From IMG/VR virus record IMGVR_UViG_3300027798_000027, positions 23,578-87,577 of that record: a DNA stretch of 64,000 nt, one strand, 5' to 3'. How positions within the stretch are numbered: the stretch's first letter is position 1; each line of letters opens with the position of its first letter. Of this stretch, positions 16,391-23,787 are shown one piece after another. The position numbers were made by a program, and so were the translations under genes. The notes below the pieces were generated by a model. It made no database searches. It was not told where the DNA came from and saw only the letters and a list, made by a program, of their open reading frames with translations. This DNA comes from a virus. Taxonomy: Duplodnaviria; Caudoviricetes.

Positions 16391-16647
16391 TATAGGCCCC
16401 CTATTGGTTTGTTTGCTGCCAACTTTTCACGCTCATCAAGAATTTCTACTAAAAAAGCCATCATCTTATTGTGTGAATCAGGATTGTTCATTATGTTTTC
16501 GTAATGATGATTACAAAATGTTAGTTGTCCTGATAAACCTTTAACTCTAACTAAGGCTTGTGCTTGACATTTATCACAACGATCACTGGCATTTAGTATA
16601 TATTTTTTTGAAACTACGCTTGGATGTTCTTCAATAATGTTAGTCAT
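16390..16647 (-). CDS. Actinobacterial zinc-binding protein (DUF7455-like)
   Basis: DRCDKCQAQALVRV...LTFCNHH. Confidence 0.65.
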   Translation of the reverse strand: MTNIIEEHPSVVSKKYILNASDRCDKCQAQALVRVKGLSGQLTFCNHHYENIMNNPDSHNKMMAFLVEILDEREKLAANKPIGGL

Positions 16648-16662
16648 ACTCATATTATACAT

Positions 16663-16836
16663 CTACTTTCTGTTGTCGGTTGAATAAAATCCGCTACCGT
16701 TAAAAATTGCAGCGGGTGCACTCCACAGCCTTTGCATAGATTCATTACAACATACTGGATATTTGTCATCACCAATTGATTTTTCAAATTCAATTTGTGA
16801 AGAACAAATAGAGCATTTGTAATCATATCTTGGCAC
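16663..16836 (-). CDS. FmdB-family zinc-ribbon protein
   Basis: GTG start with AGGAG SD; PRYDYKCSIC...C...F.GSGFYSTD. Confidence 0.85.
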   Translation of the reverse strand: MPRYDYKCSICSSQIEFEKSIGDDKYPVCCNESMQRLWSAPAAIFNGSGFYSTDNRK

Positions 16837-16867
16837 TGTTTCTCCTATAGTTATATCTAAGTATATC

Positions 16868-16896
16868 AAAAAGTGAGCAGTTTTTCAACTTGCTCA
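16868..16896 (-). terminator. Terminator after hsp20
   Basis: TGAGC-A-AGTT-GAAA-AACT-GCTCA followed by CTTTTTG. Confidence 0.75.
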
Positions 16897-16906
16897 GGTT
16901 GTTTTT

Positions 16907-17323
16907 TTACTTTATTTTAATTACTTTAGGTTTTTTATCTTCAGGAATTACACGAACAACATTAATTGTTAATAGCCCATCTTTTAGTTCTGCACTAGAT
17001 ACTTCCATATACTCTCCAAGAGCAAAAGATCGTACAAATTTACGACCAGCGATTCCCTTGTGAACAACCTCAGCATCTGTAACTTCTACAAGTTCTCCCT
17101 TAATTACAAGAGTTCCATTGTCTACTGACACATCAATGTCTTCTTTTGTAAATCCCGCAATAGCAAGAGATAACCTATATGTATCTTCATCTAATTTAAG
17201 AAGATCATACGGAGGGTATGATTGTGAATTTACTTTATGTGCTGTATTTAAACGGCCTAACTCTCTGTTAAAGCCAATAAAAAAAGGATCATTAAATAGA
17301 TCCATTGCAAATTGTGTTACCAT
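16907..17323 (-). CDS. hsp20: Small heat-shock protein (Hsp20/alpha-crystallin)
   Basis: SYPPYDL, LAIAGF, HKGIAGRKFVRSF.L, LKDGLLTI. Confidence 0.92.
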   Translation of the reverse strand: MVTQFAMDLFNDPFFIGFNRELGRLNTAHKVNSQSYPPYDLLKLDEDTYRLSLAIAGFTKEDIDVSVDNGTLVIKGELVEVTDAEVVHKGIAGRKFVRSFALGEYMEVSSAELKDGLLTINVVRVIPEDKKPKVIKIK

Positions 17324-17389
17324 TTTATTCCCCTTTCAAGCGAATAAGTTAATGTATCCCCATTTGGCAGATACCCTATAATTATATCA
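17324..17389 (-). promoter_or_regulatory. hsp20 promoter and two-hairpin ROSE-like 5'UTR
   Basis: TGATATAAT at 17381-17389; hairpin 1 at 17354-17374; hairpin 2 at 17325-17347 pairs UCGCU against the AGGGG SD with an unpaired G. Confidence 0.6.
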
Positions 17390-17417
17390 GATAAAAATAA
17401 ATCTTATAATTAGTAAA

Positions 17418-19103
17418 TTAAACGTCCTTTTTAGATACAAGTTTGGATATTTCTGGAAACCAAACATAATCTAGTTCACTATTTTTTAATGTATAAAAGG
17501 CATCTTCTGGTGTTTCAACCAATGGTTTGCCAGCAAGATTAAAACTAGTATTAAGTAATATCCCCATATTTGTTATTTTTTTAAATTCATTCAACAAATT
17601 AAAAATTATTGGATTAGACTTGTCAACTGTCTGTATTCTACAAGTGTTGTCAATGTGGACGACCCCTGGTATTTTTTTAATTGCATCATCTTTTACTGGA
17701 AAAGAAATGGTCATGAATTCACTTTTTTTAATTCTACCCATTTCAAAATATTTACTAGACTCTTCTTCTAATACCATTGCAGCGAATGGGCGATACCATT
17801 CTCTTTTTTTAATTCTGTTTACTTTTTCTTTTGCATCTTTATCTCTGCAATCAAAAAGAATTGATCTATTTCCAAGTGCTCTTGGACCAGCCTCTGCGAG
17901 TCCATTATAAACTGCAACACTTTTCCCATTAGAAATTAATTTTGCAACATCGGATATAGAAACATCTAATCCATTAATATCATCAAGCAAATAGTTTTTA
18001 CCATTAAAAAATGTATGCTCTAATTTATTAATAGTAGAATCTAATGTTGTATCACGATAACACTTCATTGCTGCTCCAATACTATTTCCAGTGTCGTCTG
18101 CTAGTGGTTCAAAGAAAAAATTAATTTCTGGAAATTGTGTAATATAATAATTATTTGCAACGACATTTAAACCGTATCCACCAGTGATACATACATTTTT
18201 AATACCTGTTTTTTCTACATACATATTAATCATTGACGCAACTGCTTCTTGAGTTTCTTTTTGAACGTTCCAAGCATAATCTGCATATTCTTGATAATTA
18301 TTAGTGTTTATTTCTTTTGTTGATTTATGTTTTAAATTTAAATAGTTTGCCACTCTCATATCACTAAAAAATTCATGACCAAAATTATAGTCAATAGGTA
18401 TTGAATCTTTGTTAAATAGTTTAGGATAGTTTTTATTTTTATTTCCATAAGCAGAAAGCCCCATTGTTTTACCATTTTCAAGTGGGTCTTGTCTAATCAA
18501 TGTTGTTGCTGTTTCATAAACTTTAACAATTCCAAACATTGATTTAGCATTAAAATCACAATCTGGATTATCATTTTTTAATAAATCAACAAACTCATGT
18601 CCATAATTTTCAAATACCCAAAAATTTTTACACAATGTTTTAAAATTATTTGGATAAGATGCTAAATAAACGCTTTCAGATTCTCTAAGAGAATTTCCCC
18701 AAACGGACCCATTTCTATCAATTACAAAAACAAGTGCTTGGTCAAATCCACTGTCATAAAACGCTAAATTTGCATGAATTAAGTGATGTTCATTGGAATA
18801 ATCAAATTCTCTGGCAATCTTAAAATTTTTTAATGCTAGTTTTTTAATTATATTATATACATCTGGCTCTTGCGTTGGAGTTGAATAAGCGTAGTCAACA
18901 CTTTCTTCTTTTAAATTTATTTCAAAAAAAGATTTTATTGGAAGTTGATCTCTTTTTGTTTTTGAAAAACGCTCTTCTTTAAAAAAATTAACTATTTTGC
19001 CATTTTCAAAAAGACAAATAGAAGAGTCATGCATTGAAGATACACCAAGTATTTTTGTTATTTTATTGCCCCCTTTAGTAAGTGAACAATTTATTAAAGA
19101 CAT
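17418..19103 (-). CDS. O-carbamoyltransferase (NodU/CmcH/TobZ family)
   Basis: HDSS, EHHLIHA, GKTMGLSAYG, GGYGLNVVAN, EAGPRALGNRSIL, REWYRPFA, LLNTSFN. Confidence 0.9.
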   Translation of the reverse strand: MSLINCSLTKGGNKITKILGVSSMHDSSICLFENGKIVNFFKEERFSKTKRDQLPIKSFFEINLKEESVDYAYSTPTQEPDVYNIIKKLALKNFKIAREFDYSNEHHLIHANLAFYDSGFDQALVFVIDRNGSVWGNSLRESESVYLASYPNNFKTLCKNFWVFENYGHEFVDLLKNDNPDCDFNAKSMFGIVKVYETATTLIRQDPLENGKTMGLSAYGNKNKNYPKLFNKDSIPIDYNFGHEFFSDMRVANYLNLKHKSTKEINTNNYQEYADYAWNVQKETQEAVASMINMYVEKTGIKNVCITGGYGLNVVANNYYITQFPEINFFFEPLADDTGNSIGAAMKCYRDTTLDSTINKLEHTFFNGKNYLLDDINGLDVSISDVAKLISNGKSVAVYNGLAEAGPRALGNRSILFDCRDKDAKEKVNRIKKREWYRPFAAMVLEEESSKYFEMGRIKKSEFMTISFPVKDDAIKKIPGVVHIDNTCRIQTVDKSNPIIFNLLNEFKKITNMGILLNTSFNLAGKPLVETPEDAFYTLKNSELDYVWFPEISKLVSKKDV

Positions 19104-19212
19104 GTTCAGGTCTATTATTCCATTATACAGGCTTACTTATTTTTTTGCAACTTTAATAGCATTTTTTGGATTTTTTGTCCTTTAAAACAATACTATTATG
19201 CTATTTGTTTAA

Positions 19213-19935
19213 TTAAAAATAATGTTTTATTAAATTTTTTTCAATTTCTTTTAAAATATAAGGTTTTCCTTGAAATTTATTGTAAAAATCTTGAATGCTT
19301 TTTTTAGACTTTGACCGATAATGGGGTAGACTTATTCTAAAATTATGTTTTATTATTGAGTTTAAATGATCATTAAATTTAAATTGTTTAAAATTTATTT
19401 TTTCTTTAGTGTGAAATCTTAAATAATACAAAACATCTTTTTCATTAACAAGAAATTCGTCAAACTCATCTTTTAAAGCAATTGCAAATTCAGTAGGTCT
19501 AAACCATTTCCCTATATCAAATGTACCCTGAAACATCATACATCTTTTTGTTATTTCGTTTTGCTCAAAAACTGGATACTCATATGCAGTCATTTCTAAA
19601 CTATCTTTGTCTGTAAAAAAAATATATTCTGTTGAAAAACTAAAAAACTTTTTCTCTATTTGTCTTGGTATAACGTGTGTGTCAAAAAATTGTTTATCAT
19701 ACATGTCAGAATGAAGATTATTATTTTTTATTTTAATAGAATAATTAAATAGTGATTTTATTGCAAAAACATTGTTAAGGTTTGAATTAAAAACTGGACA
19801 ATAATTAATGGAACCATGATCTATGGGTCCTGGATGTCCAAACCCTAGTTTATAAAATCTATCTGAAACTTTTTCTGGTTTTTCTGCTTTATACCATTCT
19901 TTGTCTAAGCAAGCCCAATAAACTGTAATTGCCAT
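19213..19935 (-). CDS. Uncharacterised protein, probably a distant dUTPase-like/DUF6065-like fold
   Basis: YCPVF...GTFDIGKWFRP...LYYLRF; own TGTATAAT promoter and AAGGAG SD. Confidence 0.5.
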   Translation of the reverse strand: MAITVYWACLDKEWYKAEKPEKVSDRFYKLGFGHPGPIDHGSINYCPVFNSNLNNVFAIKSLFNYSIKIKNNNLHSDMYDKQFFDTHVIPRQIEKKFFSFSTEYIFFTDKDSLEMTAYEYPVFEQNEITKRCMMFQGTFDIGKWFRPTEFAIALKDEFDEFLVNEKDVLYYLRFHTKEKINFKQFKFNDHLNSIIKHNFRISLPHYRSKSKKSIQDFYNKFQGKPYILKEIEKNLIKHYF

Positions 19936-19966
19936 TATTCTCCTTTTAATACATTATACACTTTCG

Positions 19967-20039
19967 TACCTCTAACGGAATTTGAATCCGTGTTACCGCC
20001 GTGAAAGGGCGACGTCCTAGGCCACTAGACGATAGAGGC
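19967..20039 (-). tRNA. tRNA-Glu(UUC)
   Basis: Full cloverleaf GCCTCTA...CTTTCAC anticodon loop...TTCAAAT...TAGAGGT-A; no encoded CCA. Confidence 0.92.
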
Positions 20040-20043
20040 GTAG

Positions 20044-20114
20044 AGCGGATAGCGGGAATCGGACCCACACATTAACCTTGGCAAGGTTACGCACTACCAC
20101 TATGCAATATCCGC
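20044..20114 (-). tRNA. tRNA-Gly(GCC)
   Basis: GCGGATA/TATCCGC acceptor stem, TAACC-TTGCCAA-GGTTA anticodon arm; T-loop TCCGATT; no encoded CCA. Confidence 0.9.
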
Positions 20115-20120
20115 AACTAT

Positions 20121-20149
20121 ATTTTAATATTGTTTAAGCAATTATCCAA
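20121..20149 (-). promoter_or_regulatory. tRNA operon promoter
   Basis: TTGGAT(20144-20149)-N17-TAAAAT(20121-20126), 6 nt before tRNA-Gly G1. Confidence 0.55.
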
Positions 20150-20757
20150 CCACGAAGTAATTGCAAAAATTTATTTAAATATTTTTTCATTATAGCGCTA
20201 TCCTGAATAGAACTTTCAAACTCTACACTAGTTTTTGGCTCATTAAAAATTTTGCTTTCACTTAACTCTCCCTGAGTTGCAGAAATAGTTGCAGGATTTG
20301 ATGGAAGCCCAAGTGGATTGATTATTGCAGTAAGAGTTACTGTATCTACTGCTCCAGTTGCAGTTATTGTTTCTACAACTTCTGTTCTAGTTTGTGGAAC
20401 AGACCAAGTAACTCCTTCTTGAGAAAAAGTGTTTTGTTGTTCATTATACGTAACTCTTCTATCAACTTCTCCTGCTTTAGGTGCTGGATTATAATATCCA
20501 CCCGTAGCCTGATGAGTTACTGGATCTGCTGATGTTTGTAAAACTACCTGCTTTCCATCAAATGTTCCAGACCCACATACAGATGGTTGACAAGTAATTA
20601 TGTTTATTACAACTCCACCTTCAACTACGGCCCAAACTTGACATGGATCTGCTGCAGAACACTCTCCCGCATTTGCTATTTCTGGAACCGAAATAAATAC
20701 AAATGATGACGCAATTACGCTAAAGATTGTACCAATAACTTTATTTTTTAACTTCAT
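20134..20757 (-). CDS. Exported hypothetical protein
   Basis: Signal peptide ending IANA; four Cys in the N-terminal domain; AGGGG SD. Confidence 0.75.
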   Translation of the reverse strand: MKLKNKVIGTIFSVIASSFVFISVPEIANAGECSAADPCQVWAVVEGGVVINIITCQPSVCGSGTFDGKQVVLQTSADPVTHQATGGYYNPAPKAGEVDRRVTYNEQQNTFSQEGVTWSVPQTRTEVVETITATGAVDTVTLTAIINPLGLPSNPATISATQGELSESKIFNEPKTSVEFESSIQDSAIMKKYLNKFLQLLRGWIIA

Positions 20758-20770
20758 TTTACCCCTTTTA

Positions 20771-20989
20771 TTAGTTGTTTTTTATTTTAATTACTACCTG
20801 ACAAGGGTCTCCGCCCTCTTCCCACTCTTGTGCTTCTTCATCACTCATATACGGATCTCCGTCATGAGTGTTACAAAACGGTTCTGTTATCCAGCCCCGT
20901 TCAATTCCATTGTCTAACCAAATCTCAAACTCATCAAGACTTGATGCTTCACTTTGAATGTCTTTTAAAATATCATCAAAATTTGTCAT
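20771..20989 (-). CDS. Small acidic hypothetical protein
   Basis: FCNTHDG...DPC motif; TATACT-N6-ATG. Confidence 0.75.
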   Translation of the reverse strand: MTNFDDILKDIQSEASSLDEFEIWLDNGIERGWITEPFCNTHDGDPYMSDEEAQEWEEGGDPCQVVIKIKNN

Positions 20990-21020
20990 ATATAAAGTAT
21001 ACTATAGTTGAATGTAAAAG

Positions 21021-21815
21021 TCAATTTTTATTTTTTTTTGGTAGTTGATGATCTTTAAATTTATTTCCTTTAATATCTTTTCCTAAATAATATATTTTAT
21101 CTATTTTTTTATCATTAGCATTAGCATTAGCAGCGATTCTTTTTTTACTGTGTTCATGAACAGTATTAACTTCTTCTTCTACAATTTTTTTATCAAAAAT
21201 ATCATATGCATTTTTTAATTTAAAAGAATCACAAAAATATCTTGGTATTGGAATCATTCCAACAATAGGAGTATTTGGCTCTATTATTATTTTTGTATTT
21301 ATTAAATCTATTTTTATATTTAAAGTAAAAGAAAATCTTATATTGTCAGATTCTATTACACCAGTCATAGGGCTTAATCCAGGCAAAGGAAAATTTGGCG
21401 GAGAAATTGTCATTAAATTTATTCCAGGAGGTGTTTTAAGTGTTAATGGGTAATGAATAGTAAATATTCCATTTCCAAATTCAGAAGTTGGATAAATAAA
21501 ATTTGCTTTACTATATTTTTCAAAATCATCATAAAATTCTACAACAACATCTTTTATGGTATTTCCTCCATTCCAAATAACACTAAACGTATATGGCAAA
21601 CTAAAAACAAATCCTTGCATATTTCCTATAGATAAAGGAAGACATTTATAGAAATGTGAAGAGAACCATTCTCTTTTGTGATCTAGGTTTAATGGTCTTA
21701 AAAATAGGCCAACATCTTTTAAATCAAACGGTTCAACACCCTCGTCTGGCATTACTGGGAAAAATGCAATAGTTTTTTCAGGAACAACAAGACCGTCATC
21801 TTGATTAATTATCAT
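21021..21815 (-). CDS. DUF6065-like protein (dUTPase-like fold)
   Basis: KREWF..HFYKCLPL..GN..G, FGNGIFT, TPPGINL...PN..LPG....GVIESD, FTLNIK. Confidence 0.7.
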   Translation of the reverse strand: MIINQDDGLVVPEKTIAFFPVMPDEGVEPFDLKDVGLFLRPLNLDHKREWFSSHFYKCLPLSIGNMQGFVFSLPYTFSVIWNGGNTIKDVVVEFYDDFEKYSKANFIYPTSEFGNGIFTIHYPLTLKTPPGINLMTISPPNFPLPGLSPMTGVIESDNIRFSFTLNIKIDLINTKIIIEPNTPIVGMIPIPRYFCDSFKLKNAYDIFDKKIVEEEVNTVHEHSKKRIAANANANDKKIDKIYYLGKDIKGNKFKDHQLPKKNKN

Positions 21816-21821
21816 AAATAT

Positions 21822-22346
21822 TTAAATACTTACCACGTCAATAGGTCCCATACATGATGGGCTAAACTTAATAGCAGCACCAACTGCTCCTACAACTCTT
21901 TTACGAGGATCTTTAGATTTTTCTGTAGCATTTAAATATCCATATGCATACTCAGAGCCAGAACCCATGGCTAAATAATCTAAATTATATTTAGATAAAG
22001 ACATATCAATTGCGTTATGCTCATATATTTGTCCTCTAATACAAATAATAAGACCTAAATCGCCTTCTTTGGATGTGTCTACCCACCAGTCATTATAAAA
22101 ATTTCTAAGTTGTTTAATAAACTTAGTTTGCATAAACTTGTCTGTGTCTTTAATGTCTGGTATATATGGATTAAAATTATACCTAATACGTTCCCCATCT
22201 AATGCCCCCGCATATCCAAGTAAATACGGTCCAAGTTTCCAAACTTTTGGTGCTGTTAACGCAAGTATAGTATTGTCATCAGAAGCCCCACGATCACCAG
22301 CCATAAAAATCTTGTCTTCATGGCGAACTACAGCCAATACCGTCAT
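21822..22346 (-). CDS. HslV/proteasome-like Ntn-hydrolase peptidase
   Basis: N-terminal Thr after Met, MAGDR, KVWK, GYAGA, AMGSGS..A.G. Confidence 0.8.
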   Translation of the reverse strand: MTVLAVVRHEDKIFMAGDRGASDDNTILALTAPKVWKLGPYLLGYAGALDGERIRYNFNPYIPDIKDTDKFMQTKFIKQLRNFYNDWWVDTSKEGDLGLIICIRGQIYEHNAIDMSLSKYNLDYLAMGSGSEYAYGYLNATEKSKDPRKRVVGAVGAAIKFSPSCMGPIDVVSI

Positions 22347-22410
22347 ATAGAGATCCCCTCAGAGTATGCTATTTAAGTATAGCAAATGATTATTACTTAG
22401 TCAAAGACCT

Positions 22411-22986
22411 TTATTTAATATTTTGACCACATGCTGAGCATGTTTTAGGCTTAGCAGCAGATTTTTTAGCAGTACCTGCAGGGGCAGAGCCAAACTTAGG
22501 TCTACCAAACCCTACAATAGAAACCATAATATTTTTCTTATTTTTCTTAAAGGCACGAAGTTTTTTACAAACCTCTCCACCATTACGTTGGCTACCTTTA
22601 GGATCTCCAGAAGTATTTCCTTCAACACACCAGACTGTTCCATCTCCATTGTCTGCTACTACTATTGCTACGTGGCTAATTCTATCTACCCCGTCAGATG
22701 GAAAATCAAAGTATGCAATGTCTCCTGGCTCTGGATCTGCCAAGTCTCCGTCAATCCAAGATCCTGCTTTTTTAAATGCTTGTGCTCCACCTGGAGTATA
22801 AACAGTGTTAGGAATTTTTACTCCTGCTTCATTGCCACACCAGTTTACAAATGAACCACACCAAGGTTGAAAGTCTGCTTTAGTAAATTTACCATACTTA
22901 GTTTCGTTATCTTTAGGACCTTCAACAGTTCCTACTTCTGCAGTAGCAACTTCAATAAGACGCTCTGCTGTACCTTGCTCTGCCAT
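22411..22986 (-). CDS. Endolysin, CHAP amidase with C-terminal CxxC tail
   Basis: PWCGSFVNWC, SHVAIV, VEGNT; ends KPKTCSACGQNIK. Confidence 0.88.
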   Translation of the reverse strand: MAEQGTAERLIEVATAEVGTVEGPKDNETKYGKFTKADFQPWCGSFVNWCGNEAGVKIPNTVYTPGGAQAFKKAGSWIDGDLADPEPGDIAYFDFPSDGVDRISHVAIVVADNGDGTVWCVEGNTSGDPKGSQRNGGEVCKKLRAFKKNKKNIMVSIVGFGRPKFGSAPAGTAKKSAAKPKTCSACGQNIK

Positions 22987-23393
22987 TATTTTACCCAGTC
23001 TGTATCAACTGGTTGTTCTTCTGGCATTGCTCCATCTGGCTTAGAAAGTCTACGTGCTTTGGCGTCATCAATTTCTGATTCTAATTTTTTATCTGCCATT
23101 GTATTTTTGGCATCAACTTCTTTGTTTGCAATCTGTGCTGCCATAACATCTTTAGCGCCAGAGGATCCTATAAGAAGACCAGCAAGCGTTCCTGTAATAA
23201 ATGTTGCTACGCTACCAAGAACATTAAAAAACATTTTATCGTTTTCTGATTGTCCTGTAATTGGCTGGGTAACAAATATAAGTGCATACAAAATTCCTAA
23301 CGATGTACACAATAAAATTGTTCCAAGTGTGATTCCTAATATAAACTTTAATCTTGCATCTAAATCTTGAGGCGATAATCTTTCTTTAGCCAT
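22986..23393 (-). CDS. Two-TM membrane protein of the lysis cassette
   Basis: Two hydrophobic helices then a charged helical tail; TAATG coupling to the endolysin. Confidence 0.7.
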   Translation of the reverse strand: MAKERLSPQDLDARLKFILGITLGTILLCTSLGILYALIFVTQPITGQSENDKMFFNVLGSVATFITGTLAGLLIGSSGAKDVMAAQIANKEVDAKNTMADKKLESEIDDAKARRLSKPDGAMPEEQPVDTDWVK

Positions 23394-23592
23394 TTATTGT
23401 TTCCTCCACCTTTGGTTGTTCTACTAAGTCTTCTGGACATGCTCCATTAGCCGTACAAATTGGTGGCTTACATTCTGCTGATTCCCAATTTGTTGGATCT
23501 TGGCATTTGTATCTATAATGACCGTCATATCCACAGCCAGATAGCCCTAGTGTTAGGGTAGTTGCTAGTAGGAGTATGCGTATTTTTGACAT
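23386..23592 (-). CDS. Small lipoprotein
   Basis: Lipobox LSGC; four further Cys; TGCTATAAT-N6-ATG. Confidence 0.8.
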   Translation of the reverse strand: MSKIRILLLATTLTLGLSGCGYDGHYRYKCQDPTNWESAECKPPICTANGACPEDLVEQPKVEETING

Positions 23593-23613
23593 ACTCCCAT
23601 TATAGCAAACTTA

Positions 23614-23787
23614 TTAATCTTCTTTACGAATTCCAATGGTTGCAAACCATAAGGCTATTGATACTAGAGTTACATACCCTACTACCGTCTTTGCGCTACC
23701 CTCTAAAACCACCCATGCTACAAAGAAGCCTAAGAATGTAAAGTTTTCATTGAGGGCTGCCATACCCCATTGTTTTAACCTTTTCAT
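23614..23787 (-). CDS. 57-aa two-TM membrane protein
   Basis: MKRLKQWGMAALNENFTFLGFFVAWVVLEGSAKTVVGYVTLVSIALWFATIGIRKED; AGGAGG SD; ATGA overlap with the 926-aa gene. Confidence 0.8.
   Translation of the reverse strand: MKRLKQWGMAALNENFTFLGFFVAWVVLEGSAKTVVGYVTLVSIALWFATIGIRKED

Noticed and set aside
15864-16544. 226-aa plus-strand ORF, and other antisense ORFs such as 22867-23370, 24331-24768, 37678-38040, 55511-55873 and 11281-11586
   Set aside because: They fully overlap well-supported minus-strand genes, have Ser/Phe/Leu-rich shadow composition and lack RBS or promoter signals.
17354-17363. ATGGGGATAC shared between the hsp20 leader and the repeat at 171-180 as a common operator
   Set aside because: It is a single 10-nt match, and in the hsp20 leader it is explained by hairpin pairing, so it may be coincidental.
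19140-19200. Possible gene remnant (..TKNPKNAIKVAKK*) upstream of the carbamoyltransferase
   Set aside because: There is no start codon in frame and it is too short to distinguish from AT-rich intergenic sequence.
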